IMG/VR virus record: IMGVR_UViG_3300047994_000087
Coordinates: 1-64,000 of that record
Length of the DNA: 64,000 nucleotides
Source: a virus
Reading direction: 5' to 3' (one strand)
Shown: piece after piece, positions 30,323 to 40,155 of the stretch
Numbering within the stretch: the stretch's first letter is position 1
How the letters are laid out: every line of letters starts with the position of its first letter
The notes under the pieces: model-generated
Told to the model about the DNA's origin: nothing
Databases searched by the model: none
Seen by the model: the letters and a program-made list of their open reading frames with translations, nothing else
Made by a program: the position numbers and the translations under genes

Positions 30323-31633
30323 CTATGAGTCCTCCGCGCCTTCAGGGATGTTTGATGCTGCTCTCGACAGTGACAAAGTGGTGCTGTAATTTCCAGCAGA
30401 AATGTGGTGCACAACATCCACAATTTGATAAAGGCCACTTGTATAGTGCAATTGCTTACTTTGCTTCTGTTTGTAGTTAGTTGGCCAGTAGCAGGTTACA
30501 TCACACAGGGCAGTACTTCCTTGTGTGAGAGTTGGAACAACATCAGGATCTCCATCAATTTCCAGGGTGGCTTCATAGCTGGACATCCACTCCCAAAGGT
30601 GAGAGTTCAAGAAAGGATTTATTCCTGCACCACTATCTGTGGACGCTCCTCCTCTAGTTCTACTTGTAGCGTTAGTAATTGCGGGCGGAGCATTAGCAGT
30701 GCCTTGGTATTGTAATTGGGTTGGGTCTTCACTCACTGGAGAAGCTTTGACATCATTCGAGTATGGTAACTCAAACTTTTCTTGCAATGAATCAGTCACA
30801 GCCTGGTTAGCACATGTCGTATTCTCATACCCGGAAAATCGTTGAGTGGCATTTTGTTGTGCGTCATTTTGATTCTTTATTATGCCGTCAAAATTGATTG
30901 AAGGCGACCATGATCGCACTACACTATTCTTGTCTTGGACAATGTACTTGAAATTAGCGCTACCATTTTTAGCTTTGGTTATGCTTAGTGTAGATTGCCC
31001 TTGACCATCATCACTTATGTGCCAGTTGTAACCCCCGCCTCCATTTACATCGCGTGCATATGGCAATATACGTTTCAGAAATGAAATGTCACTATCGTTG
31101 ATTGCCGATGTGTGCACCATCTCACTGGGAGCTGTGCTGTCCACGTCAGTGTAACCTACGCTAGTCATGTGTTCTGTGCCAAAAGGAGGATCTATATTTA
31201 GAGTCATGTTGTTATGATTTTTACAGAACTGATCAAGTACTTCTTTGAGAGTTCCTGTGTATGTGTTAGACGATATCAGTGGGGACATAAGGGTCGTTCC
31301 AACAATGGTGATCATGAAAGCGTTGCCGACAAACGTTGGATGATAGCTAGCGATCTGGAACGTATAATTAGGAGACTTCTTGCCATTCAGATATCCAAAT
31401 TGAAATGTTCCCCCAGGCACCTTAGTCTGAGGGTCACGAGATTGGTATATGGCTGCTTCTACGGAGCCGTCTTCTGAAAATAGAGTAAAGGTAACCTCAG
31501 GGGCTCCGCCGAGCTTTAGGGTAAAATCTACCGGTATTTGAGGACCAACGTAAATCTTACTCAACGGTCCAAGACTGAGGTCAAAGAATATAGCTCTAGG
31601 CTGTAATGGAGCGGTGTCATAAGCATCTGGCAT
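30323..31633 (-). CDS. Baseplate hub (gp27 / P2 gpD-like)
   Basis: SDISFLKR, ATLEIDGDP, SGLYQIVDVVHHISAGNYSTTL. Confidence 0.8.
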   Translation of the reverse strand: MPDAYDTAPLQPRAIFFDLSLGPLSKIYVGPQIPVDFTLKLGGAPEVTFTLFSEDGSVEAAIYQSRDPQTKVPGGTFQFGYLNGKKSPNYTFQIASYHPTFVGNAFMITIVGTTLMSPLISSNTYTGTLKEVLDQFCKNHNNMTLNIDPPFGTEHMTSVGYTDVDSTAPSEMVHTSAINDSDISFLKRILPYARDVNGGGGYNWHISDDGQGQSTLSITKAKNGSANFKYIVQDKNSVVRSWSPSINFDGIIKNQNDAQQNATQRFSGYENTTCANQAVTDSLQEKFELPYSNDVKASPVSEDPTQLQYQGTANAPPAITNATSRTRGGASTDSGAGINPFLNSHLWEWMSSYEATLEIDGDPDVVPTLTQGSTALCDVTCYWPTNYKQKQSKQLHYTSGLYQIVDVVHHISAGNYSTTLSLSRAASNIPEGAEDS

Positions 31634-31687
31634 TCAACCAGAATAATGGTCATTAATCCAATGCTATAGAAGTAAGTGACTTTTGGA

Positions 31688-32242
31688 TTACTTGAGCACT
31701 TTGTGTGGGTTAAACATGGCTATAAAACCAACACTAGCAGGGTCTCCACCTGCGTTTGGAGAAAGCCCAACACATAAGAACATATCACCAAGGTCGTAAT
31801 TGGCAAAAGATTTACCGCCTGCATCCGTCGTCTTATAAACTGGCTCTCCGTATGTTTTAGAAAAACCATTCAACACAGTTGCTATATATGCAGTTGCCGT
31901 TTGCCCAGCAGACAATTTAAAAGTATCACGGTAACGAACCGTTTGCGTGCGGTCAGTTCCGTAAAGCGGATCAAATTTAAGCTCAAAGGTTGCTCCGTGC
32001 AGCATTCCCACGACAGGGAAGGCTTCCTCCGCTTCGTCTGCCTTCCATTCTTCCGCTCTCTGTGCGGGGTTAGAAGAAACCTTCTTCAACGTAAGACCCT
32101 TGCCTCTTGCATAGTCAAACAGGCTCTCCCTGTCCGAGTCTAGAAAGATGACATAGTCGCCGTGACTAAGCATGTGCGCCCAAACGGGAGCAACCGACAA
32201 TACACAAGCAACTAGGGAACTAAATACGTGACGTTTGAGCAT
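31688..32242 (-). CDS. Secreted/periplasmic hypothetical protein (moron-like)
   Basis: Sec signal peptide MLKRHVFSSLVACVLSVAPVWA; AT-rich upstream gap. Confidence 0.6.
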   Translation of the reverse strand: MLKRHVFSSLVACVLSVAPVWAHMLSHGDYVIFLDSDRESLFDYARGKGLTLKKVSSNPAQRAEEWKADEAEEAFPVVGMLHGATFELKFDPLYGTDRTQTVRYRDTFKLSAGQTATAYIATVLNGFSKTYGEPVYKTTDAGGKSFANYDLGDMFLCVGLSPNAGGDPASVGFIAMFNPHKVLK

Positions 32243-32339
32243 AGAATCTTCCTAAGATTAAATATACCAATATCCTCAGTATACTACCAAGTACACATAT
32301 TTTAAGCTTTGTAATAATATAATAGCAATGTCGCTACTG

Positions 32340-35144
32340 TTATAAATGCGCCGCAGCCGCTGCCCTGATCGTACCGCTATTCGGAGCCATGGCTATCTTC
32401 CGCTGGTGGTCTGCCGATTGTTTAACTGCCTGCTTTGTGTCTTCATGGTGCTCATTGGCCTTCGCCAGAAGCTCATTTGTCTTATTTTGAGCAGCTAATT
32501 GTTGCGCTGCCACAACATGCGCTTGCTCTTTGAGGATGTTAGCTGGCAAAGCTGGAGGCTGATAGGCGGCTTGGTTAGCCTTCAAAATAGCCACTTCCGA
32601 AGGTGGCAGCATGTCGACCAGACCACCCCCTGGAGGTGGTGCAGGAACCAGATCAAGGCCTTTAGCTTTACCATTCATTTTGCCAACAGGCTTTCCGGCA
32701 ATAATGGAGCTGTCCATAAGGCGGAAGTGGTGGACTGATCCATAGCCTTCTTTACCAGCGCCTCCGCCCTTACCACGGTAGTCGCTTGTGAAAGTACCGT
32801 CGCCCTGATTGATTTCAGTGTGGCCGTACATTCTCTGGCCTTGAGACTTACCTTTGCCAGGCGTATAAACATCAATGTCTCCGCGCATAGCGATATCGTC
32901 AGGACCCAATTCTCTAAAGCGCTTATCGTGGCTTAGCAACGGCACTAAATCTTTAGCAGCTGGTGTTTTCAGGCCTGTCAGACCTACCTTGTCGAAGGCC
33001 TGCTCAACATACTGAGCACATCTATTTTTTACACCATGAGCAACAGCATCGCTTGCCTGTTCTAGAGAGGCGTCCGCCAATGCGTTACCTGCTGACTTAA
33101 GTCCAGTTGCTATTGTTGGAGCAGCCGCCGCCATCTTTGAGTTGAGGACTGAATCAGGGGTAGAGAATAGCTTTTGCACCTGTGCGGTGGTGCCTCTATT
33201 TTCAAAGTCCTTGTGGTACTGCCCGGAATCAATAGCTTTCTTGTTGGCTGCATCGGAAGCTGCGTCTTGAGCCATTTTTGCTTTTACATCAGCTACCATT
33301 TTTTCTTGCTCTGGTGTGAGCCACTTATGTCCTACAACCTTTGTGGTTAAAAGATCTAAGTTACCAGCAATGTGCTGCACTACTGCATAGAGACTAGTTC
33401 CAGCTGAATCAGCAATAGCTTGCAATGACTTGTTCTGTGTTTTAATCGCATCTTGTAGACTGCCTTCAGGCTCTTTCTTTAGAGAGTCAAGGTTGACCTT
33501 CAGGAAATTATCTACGGACTTGTCTTTGTCCGAGCCGTGTTCGAAGTCTTGGTATTTCAAAGCAAGCTGGTTGAGCTGCGACTCTGGGACATTATAGGCC
33601 TTGGAGAATTGCTCAAGTTGTAGCTTACGACTCAGACCAATCTGATTGATCTGGGCATGCCCCAGCCCCTTCAAGTCGTCTCTGCTCTTTCCAAACTGGG
33701 AGTAAGGGTTACTGAACAGCGCTTTAGCCTGCGCTTCAATATTGTGCTTCTGTGCTTCAGCAGGGTCTATGTACTGCAAGGCCAACTCGTCCTCAGCAGA
33801 GGTGCCTAAAATGGAGGCGGTGGTGATTGCAGCTTTACGTTGTTTCTTTGGGTCTCCAAGCTGGTCTAAGCTGCCCTGGACGTTCTTTACGTCGATGTTG
33901 AATGCCTTGTAAAGGCCCGCAGTCTTAATGACATCATCCTGGACTTGAGACATCGCAGACCCGCTGATGGAGCCAAAGTCCTTAAAAATCTGGTTTCCTT
34001 CGGCAAGCGCAGTTTGAAATTCCTTGATCGTGATATTACCGCGCTGCATATCGTCATATAGACTGCTATATGTCTTCATCATGTCAGCAGCAGTACCACC
34101 AGCAGACATCTGTGTTTTGACGAGCATAGATAACTGCTCATTGGACAGGCCAAAGACCTTGTTCATGTTTTCAGCAGTTACTAGATAATCGTCAGTGCGT
34201 TTGTCAGCCTTAAGTACTTCTATGCCAGCATCCTGGAATGCTTCTGCCAGGTCGATCATTGCATTCTGGCCTTTGCCAGTCGCTATGCCCAGCGCAAGCA
34301 TTCTGTCTGTGAATGCACTTGTAAGCTGTATGTCACCACCAACTTCATTAGCCCACTTAGCCCGAATGGCGTCTATCTTCCACATTTCTGCGAAGATGGC
34401 AGATAGCATTGCTCCTACACCAGCGAATGCTGCGACAGCGGGCATGATCTCAATTAGTGCCGGTGCTATTTTTCCTAGCAAGCCGACCATCTCACCCAGT
34501 CCGCCCTGAATCACGTTAGCCGAAGCACGGGCACTTATCTGGCCCATAATATCTTCAGGTTCGAACGCCTGCATCTTTTGCAGATGCTCAATGTTCTTCA
34601 GGAACGGGTGGTCTTTGAAGTCCTCGCCCTGTTTTCTGCTCTTAGATAGTTCATGACTTTTATCGTGGAGGCTCTGAACCAGCTTTTGTGCTCCCATTAC
34701 ACGAGTGGTCCAGCTGGCAAACAATTCTTTCATGGTTACATCAGACGCAGCCATGCTCACAGACAAAGCCTTCTCTGTGTTCTTGCCCATGCCAATGATA
34801 GTCTGATTGACTTGCTGTGCTGCTTTGGCGTGTAGACCAAACATCTTGCTACTAGTGTCAGCAAGCTGCTCTTGCTTCTTAGACAGCTTCTCTATGTTTT
34901 CAAACGTGTGGTCGTAGAAGTCTTGGCTGCTCTCCCTAGCATTGGCATAGAGCTTCTGATAAGACTTTCTACTGCGCTCATTAACTTCTTGTGTCTTCTC
35001 ACCAGTCTTCGAAGCATTCTCAATCTGCTTCTTTGCCGCTTCCTGACTCGCTTTGATGGTTTCATCAAACGAACCTGGGTTGAGCGGGCTATTGTTTGGC
35101 CCACCACTGAAACCACTATTGCCGCCCTGTATTTCTCCAGCCAT
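32340..35144 (-). CDS. Tape measure protein with C-terminal CHAP/NlpC-P60-like domain
   Basis: Long helical Ala/Gln/Lys-rich body; NRCAQYV...GDIDVY...YGHTEI...SDY. Confidence 0.8.
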   Translation of the reverse strand: MAGEIQGGNSGFSGGPNNSPLNPGSFDETIKASQEAAKKQIENASKTGEKTQEVNERSRKSYQKLYANARESSQDFYDHTFENIEKLSKKQEQLADTSSKMFGLHAKAAQQVNQTIIGMGKNTEKALSVSMAASDVTMKELFASWTTRVMGAQKLVQSLHDKSHELSKSRKQGEDFKDHPFLKNIEHLQKMQAFEPEDIMGQISARASANVIQGGLGEMVGLLGKIAPALIEIMPAVAAFAGVGAMLSAIFAEMWKIDAIRAKWANEVGGDIQLTSAFTDRMLALGIATGKGQNAMIDLAEAFQDAGIEVLKADKRTDDYLVTAENMNKVFGLSNEQLSMLVKTQMSAGGTAADMMKTYSSLYDDMQRGNITIKEFQTALAEGNQIFKDFGSISGSAMSQVQDDVIKTAGLYKAFNIDVKNVQGSLDQLGDPKKQRKAAITTASILGTSAEDELALQYIDPAEAQKHNIEAQAKALFSNPYSQFGKSRDDLKGLGHAQINQIGLSRKLQLEQFSKAYNVPESQLNQLALKYQDFEHGSDKDKSVDNFLKVNLDSLKKEPEGSLQDAIKTQNKSLQAIADSAGTSLYAVVQHIAGNLDLLTTKVVGHKWLTPEQEKMVADVKAKMAQDAASDAANKKAIDSGQYHKDFENRGTTAQVQKLFSTPDSVLNSKMAAAAPTIATGLKSAGNALADASLEQASDAVAHGVKNRCAQYVEQAFDKVGLTGLKTPAAKDLVPLLSHDKRFRELGPDDIAMRGDIDVYTPGKGKSQGQRMYGHTEINQGDGTFTSDYRGKGGGAGKEGYGSVHHFRLMDSSIIAGKPVGKMNGKAKGLDLVPAPPPGGGLVDMLPPSEVAILKANQAAYQPPALPANILKEQAHVVAAQQLAAQNKTNELLAKANEHHEDTKQAVKQSADHQRKIAMAPNSGTIRAAAAAHL

Positions 35145-35151
35145 CTATGTC

Positions 35152-35307
35152 TTATTGCTCCAACATGTTTGGTGGTGCCATTGCTTTTGCTTCTTCTTTC
35201 TTAGCCTTAATGAGCATCTCGTACCACTCACGAAGCTCTACGAAAGTGCAAGTATCAGTATAGCCTGCATCAAATCCTTTGCCTAAATAGGCAAGGATGA
35301 ATTGCAT
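35152..35307 (-). CDS. Small gp51-like hub/tail assembly protein (51 aa, not in the ORF track)
   Basis: Manual translation MQFILAYLGKGFDAGYTDTCTFVELREWYEMLIKAKKEE...; fills the gap between the gp26-like gene and the tape measure. Confidence 0.55.
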   Translation of the reverse strand: MQFILAYLGKGFDAGYTDTCTFVELREWYEMLIKAKKEEAKAMAPPNMLEQ

Positions 35308-35323
35308 GTGTTTGATTATCTGA

Positions 35324-36124
35324 CTATCTTCTGGGTGGGGTGCGAAAGAAATTGGCGTTAACGCCGATCCTCACATTGTTAGCCTTTCCACAATTTGCAT
35401 GATCACAGTCGACTGATACAGCCTGCACTACCCCAATACTTTGTTGGTCAATCTGATAGGACAGCTCGTCCATGTCCATGGGAGAAAGGTTATCAATGAA
35501 CTCCATTTTCTTCTTGAAGAAAGCCTGTGGCTCGCCATCTATTTCATCTATCAGCTGGGCATATCGAACGTACAGTCGGTCAACGAACTCGTTATGAATC
35601 ATCCCAAGCTTAGATAGGTCTTCCATTTTTCGAGTAATAGCCTTCTCGTCTTTGAGTCTAATTGCGTGCACCTTAACAACGTTTTTGCTCAGCTTGATCT
35701 CCAGTGAGGAAGGATTGTAATCTTTCTTCTCATGGGCATTGATAATACTCAGGTCTGAAAGCTTCAATGTTTTTTTTGTTTCCTGCTGGCAGCTGATGCA
35801 GTCAAACGCAATCTCATAGTCTTCCCCAAAACTCATTATGCGGATGATGAATAGAATGGCGTTAACGTCATCCAGGAGAAGATCATCTACTTCTACCTTA
35901 GGCTCTACCACCAACCGCTCAATCATGTTGTAGTACGTTTGGTAATTGTCGCCGCCTTTACCTGAAAGATACCTAGTATCTCCAGTGACAATGGGTCTGA
36001 TCTTTACAGAGTCTCCGTTTATCAGTTGCATCTTACCGTCAGCATAGCTGGCTTGGTTATACGCCTTACCTTCGCTGGGAAGCTTAAAGGTGTTTTCTTT
36101 CAAACTTAAACCGAGATTGCTCAT
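35324..36124 (-). CDS. gp26-like baseplate hub assembly / tail chaperone
   Basis: LPSEGKAY, IRIMSFGEDY, CxxC and CxxxxC, C-terminal NFF. Confidence 0.75.
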   Translation of the reverse strand: MSNLGLSLKENTFKLPSEGKAYNQASYADGKMQLINGDSVKIRPIVTGDTRYLSGKGGDNYQTYYNMIERLVVEPKVEVDDLLLDDVNAILFIIRIMSFGEDYEIAFDCISCQQETKKTLKLSDLSIINAHEKKDYNPSSLEIKLSKNVVKVHAIRLKDEKAITRKMEDLSKLGMIHNEFVDRLYVRYAQLIDEIDGEPQAFFKKKMEFIDNLSPMDMDELSYQIDQQSIGVVQAVSVDCDHANCGKANNVRIGVNANFFRTPPRR

Positions 36125-36156
36125 TTGGGGTCTCCATTAAATATCACTACTAACAA

Positions 36157-36182
36157 TAATGGCCCTCCGAAGAGAGCCATTA
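36157..36182 (-). terminator. Intrinsic terminator after the tail tube gene
   Basis: Minus strand TAATGGCTCTC-TTCG-GAGGGCCATTA, a C(UUCG)G hairpin. Confidence 0.65.
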
Positions 36183-36206
36183 AAATATGTCGATTACACG
36201 AACAAC

Positions 36207-36770
36207 CTAAGCAGCTGTATTCAGACCAGTAAAGGTTGATCCAATCTGACCACCTGTTCCTGTGCCGCCATCTGGGTAGGCTCTATCGCAGGAGAATTGC
36301 ATTCTAAGCATAGAAGGTTCCTGCGATGCATAATCCAATCCATCTGGAGATGGGTGGTTCAAGGGGAAGCATCCATAGCAGTTCCATGTTCTTACAGAGT
36401 TGCCTTTCTGGTCAAGTTGGTCGATGATGATCTGTCTCTTGTAGTCAGACGCATAACCCATTTGACCTGTACGAGGATCGTATCCTTGGGAAGCCCAAGT
36501 TTCTAGGTCGTTGAACACGCTAGGAGCGATAACGTCATAGATTTCAACGGTCAGGTCGCCGCAAGTCGGAGCGCCCATACCCTTAACTTCTTCGTTCATG
36601 TGGTGCATCGTAACTTTGCCATGACTAATGACAGGTACGTTGCAGGACTTCGCTAAAAGCGTTACGTCCAGTCCACCGATAGTGATCGCCCAACACTGCT
36701 TTCTAACAGCTTCATAGTTAGTGCCAGCGCCTTGCGCCCACATGTACTGAGTTCCTAAAGTGTTACCCAT
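36207..36770 (-). CDS. Tail tube protein (gp19-like)
   Basis: DYKRQIIIDQLD..G..VRTW..YGCFP...LDY; follows the sheath gene. Confidence 0.9.
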   Translation of the reverse strand: MGNTLGTQYMWAQGAGTNYEAVRKQCWAITIGGLDVTLLAKSCNVPVISHGKVTMHHMNEEVKGMGAPTCGDLTVEIYDVIAPSVFNDLETWASQGYDPRTGQMGYASDYKRQIIIDQLDQKGNSVRTWNCYGCFPLNHPSPDGLDYASQEPSMLRMQFSCDRAYPDGGTGTGGQIGSTFTGLNTAA

Positions 36771-36789
36771 GATTTAAGGTCTCCTGGTC

Positions 36790-38580
36790 TTACTGACCGA
36801 TTAAACTGCCAGCTATAAGGTCTTCGTTGATAGCGACACCGAACTCAGTGATTTCAAATGTCACAACAATTTGTTCTGCAAATTTCAGAGGTGCAATAAC
36901 ACAGACAGCAGTCATCTGGTTGTTATTTACGTACTGAGGAATGTTGGTTTTGGAGTCGCAGTAGAACTGGGCACCATAGATCTTTCCTTGAGCGGCCAGA
37001 GTGTTCAGGTAGGGCTGAACAAGAGCAACTGCCTGGTTCCAAGTAGATTGCTCGTTTGGCTGGAACAGAAGTGCGTACAGAGCAGTCGTAATAGACTTCT
37101 CTACACGAAGCAACATACGTCTTGCGCCGACTCTGTCGAGTGACGAGGCAATAAGCGTGGCTGTCTTCTGCCCAAGAATTTGAATTCCTAGGCCATTCAG
37201 ATTACCGATAGGATTGATTCTATTGGCACCAAGGAATTGTCTGTCTCCCAGGCTCAAGTGAACGTTAGTATCTAGACAGTTCTGAAGCAGTCCCATCTTA
37301 GGACCGGCAGGAGCTTGCCAGAAGTCGATACCTGCTAATACCTGCGCAATAGCAGCTGTAGGAGGCATTTGATCAATGTCACCAGTGTTGGGGTTGGTAG
37401 CTGTGTACCAAGGGAAGTAGATAGAGGCGTAGTTGGAATCAACCACTCCGTATGCACTGTAAGCGCCAGTAGCATTGGCCCAGTCAGCAACTGTCTGAAC
37501 AGTAGTGTCTGACGGAGGGTCAAGAGGAGTCATGATGTCTTGACGCTGATTGGCAAGCTCAATAAGTGCTTGTCTAACACCAGCAGAGCTAACACCCGGA
37601 ACCATAACTTCATTGACTGCCACACCTGTTCCGAACAGTTGCAGGCCGTCAGAGGTTCCGCCAATGGTGTCACCAATGTAGTTAGCATCAGTCAGATCGT
37701 CGATACCGTCATCACCACCGCTCATGTCGTAAACACCAGCAACAGGGAATGATCCAAATGCAGAAACTGGTGCAAGATACTGAGATCCTGCAAGAGTTGC
37801 TACCATGTTGTCCAAGGTAAGACCGTAGAAGGTTTCCAGAACTTTTATTCTGATAGTGACATCAGATTGGTTCTGCACGGTAATCTGTGTTTGCAGAGTG
37901 AAGGTGGAGAAGTAGTTGAAGGTAGCGGTGTAGTGAATCGTACTAGCGGACGCTCCACTGATAGTGAAAGCAATAGCTCCGGTTGCATAGTTGATGGTTC
38001 CAGCGCTGTACGTTGAGGCATTGGAATTGAATACCAGGTTACCCGCGCCGTCATCAGTAGCAATAGTGCCAGTACCGGTGAGACTCAATCTTAAAGTGTT
38101 AGGAACAACAGGCACACTAGCCAGTGACATAGTGATGCTGTTGGTGCCACTAGTAAGGGTCTTAGCTGTGCTGCCTAGAGTGCCAGCAAGTTGACCGCCA
38201 TAACTGATAGGGAAAGATAATTGATCGAAGAATGTTCCAGTTTCGTTGGCAGTTAGAGTTCCAGGGGAACCGGAGCCAATAAGAGTGATTGAGGCCGAGG
38301 CAGTTGCATCGCCATTAGCGATACGAACTACCCATGCAGTGTTACCACCAGCGTTGAAGAATTCACGAGCAACCAGAGTTCCTGGATGAAGGTCATCTTC
38401 CAATCCGAAAAACGTTTCAAATTGGGTGCGGGTAGTGCATAATGTTAATGTATCTGTAGGGCCTTTTGTGGCCGTTATGACTAACCCAAGGATGGTGTCA
38501 CTTAGATTAGCGATGTACTGCGACAGATCTAACTCTGTGAAGTAGACTCCAGGGGTATTGACTAATGTTGCGTTCGCCAT
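36790..38580 (-). CDS. Tail sheath protein (gp18-like)
   Basis: TPGVYFTELDLS, WQAPAG, INPI, GQKT, RVGARR, FQPNEQSTW. Confidence 0.95.
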   Translation of the reverse strand: MANATLVNTPGVYFTELDLSQYIANLSDTILGLVITATKGPTDTLTLCTTRTQFETFFGLEDDLHPGTLVAREFFNAGGNTAWVVRIANGDATASASITLIGSGSPGTLTANETGTFFDQLSFPISYGGQLAGTLGSTAKTLTSGTNSITMSLASVPVVPNTLRLSLTGTGTIATDDGAGNLVFNSNASTYSAGTINYATGAIAFTISGASASTIHYTATFNYFSTFTLQTQITVQNQSDVTIRIKVLETFYGLTLDNMVATLAGSQYLAPVSAFGSFPVAGVYDMSGGDDGIDDLTDANYIGDTIGGTSDGLQLFGTGVAVNEVMVPGVSSAGVRQALIELANQRQDIMTPLDPPSDTTVQTVADWANATGAYSAYGVVDSNYASIYFPWYTATNPNTGDIDQMPPTAAIAQVLAGIDFWQAPAGPKMGLLQNCLDTNVHLSLGDRQFLGANRINPIGNLNGLGIQILGQKTATLIASSLDRVGARRMLLRVEKSITTALYALLFQPNEQSTWNQAVALVQPYLNTLAAQGKIYGAQFYCDSKTNIPQYVNNNQMTAVCVIAPLKFAEQIVVTFEITEFGVAINEDLIAGSLIGQ

Positions 38581-38677
38581 TTGCGGAGGCTCCTACTAAG
38601 CACGGATCACTTTCCTTGCTATTGTCGAGTCGTTCCTAATGGCGTCGTGAAAATGCGTGAGTTCTAATAACTCGTAT

Positions 38678-39727
38678 CTAAGATTCAGATGGTGGATCTG
38701 AATCTGGAATAGTCGGTAGGATGGTGATATCGTCTAGCAATATAGGCGATCCATTCATCATCTGCTCGTATTTAACTACAATGGATTCGATAGGCGGAAT
38801 GTTAATGGACTTGGCCCACAGTGAGAACACATTCAAACGTTGAGTGCTCTTCAGCCATATGACCGCACCGGTATCAGTGTTTACGTTATACGCGCTTGCA
38901 GGACCGCCATCCCTCAGTATCGGCCACGTGTAGGAAGTGGATTCAACAGTGTCAGTGAACGATGGAATCACTGTGTCTAGAGTTTTATAAATGTCTGAGA
39001 ACCAAGCTTCTCTTTCGAAGAAGTCACGGTCTTTGTATTTCTGAGTGTATGCAGTGAGGATGTACTCAACTTTAACGTGTCGGGCTAGTGTACGATTGTA
39101 CTCACCTGCCACTGACTTATTAACAGTACTTCCTATTGTCAGTATTTCAGTGTTGGACCCTTGTGCGTAGTCATAGCTAGTTGGGTTTAGAGAAGGAGTC
39201 ACTAACTTGAGCACAGCGCCTGTAGAGTATGCAGTAACTTGATTGCTTGCTACCGGGTCGGCATTGATCTGTGCTGCGATACTTAGAGCTAATGTGGGGA
39301 TATCTATGTCAGTCTCCAACACTGTGTACGAGACTGTTTGTGTCAGGGTGTCGCTCAGTACAAACGCAGCACTCGACATGACTATACTTATTATATCGCC
39401 TGTAGTTATTGTGCCGGACAGTGTGATAGGAGTGATGTTTGTGTTGGGGTCTATCGCGCCTTGCTGAAAGCGCCCCATAGGCCACCCTCTATCTCCTTGA
39501 GGAAGGTTGGAGAAGTCAGTGCGCTCGACAGTGCCATTTCTCCAAACACACACTCCAGGAATACCCACGGTGTTATTAGGATTGAGAGTGTTGTTAGCTG
39601 CATTGGCTGCTATGGCTGCGTTTGATAGAACAGAACGCGCCACTTCAGGAGCACCCCAAGCCACTGTATAGTTTGGGAAAAGAGTTTTGATATGCCCAAG
39701 CATAGCCACATCGACATAAGCAATCAT
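38678..39727 (-). CDS. Tail terminator/completion protein (gp15-like position) with inserted AINAD domain
   Basis: Between neck and sheath genes; central insertion of the shared domain. Confidence 0.55.
   Translation of the reverse strand: MIAYVDVAMLGHIKTLFPNYTVAWGAPEVARSVLSNAAIAANAANNTLNPNNTVGIPGVCVWRNGTVERTDFSNLPQGDRGWPMGRFQQGAIDPNTNITPITLSGTITTGDIISIVMSSAAFVLSDTLTQTVSYTVLETDIDIPTLALSIAAQINADPVASNQVTAYSTGAVLKLVTPSLNPTSYDYAQGSNTEILTIGSTVNKSVAGEYNRTLARHVKVEYILTAYTQKYKDRDFFEREAWFSDIYKTLDTVIPSFTDTVESTSYTWPILRDGGPASAYNVNTDTGAVIWLKSTQRLNVFSLWAKSINIPPIESIVVKYEQMMNGSPILLDDITILPTIPDSDPPSES
39122..39436 (-). repeat. Copy of the shared AINAD domain (in the tail terminator)
   Basis: ITLSGTITTGDIISI...VSYTV...IAAQINADP...VTAYSTGAVLKLV...TSY. 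Confidence 0.8.
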
Positions 39728-40155
39728 GTCATCACTCCCTTAAACTTGTAGGCCACTTTGCTCAGAGCTGCATAAGCGAACGTTTCAGTAATACGAATAT
39801 TAAATATGTTGCCATCGGGTGATTTCACAACTACTTGATCATTCACTTGTAGTTTTGCTAGGGTCGTGATTATCAACTCGGAGGTAACGTCCTTAAGTTG
39901 AATGAAGTCGCTCAGAATCAGACCTTCCATAGGTTGACTACAAAGGATCTTGCACTTGCCTGTAGCAACGTTACTAGGGTCGTAGTCATGGGCGTCATCA
40001 AGTTCAGAATAAAGATTCTCAACGAGGACAGCACGATACACGTCTGCATTGAACCCATATAGATGCAGTGCATTAGTGAGGACCATTCGTAGGTGGGCAG
40101 GTACTTCCTGGCCGAGGTCAAGAACTGGCATCAGGGGCGAACTGCCTCCCACCAC
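39724..40155 (-). CDS. Head closure / neck protein (gp14-like position)
   Basis: Synteny; LYG..ADVY N-terminal pattern. Confidence 0.5.
   Translation of the reverse strand: MVGGSSPLMPVLDLGQEVPAHLRMVLTNALHLYGFNADVYRAVLVENLYSELDDAHDYDPSNVATGKCKILCSQPMEGLILSDFIQLKDVTSELIITTLAKLQVNDQVVVKSPDGNIFNIRITETFAYAALSKVAYKFKGVMT

Noticed and set aside
35300-35360. Classic -1 tail-chaperone (G/GT) frameshift
   Set aside because: The downstream small ORF is in the +1 frame and no XXXYYYZ slippery heptamer was seen before the stop.
20223-38580. Extracellular contractile injection system or T6SS locus
   Set aside because: Sheath, tube, PAAR and baseplate genes are contiguous with portal, capsid, protease and terminase, so this is a phage tail.
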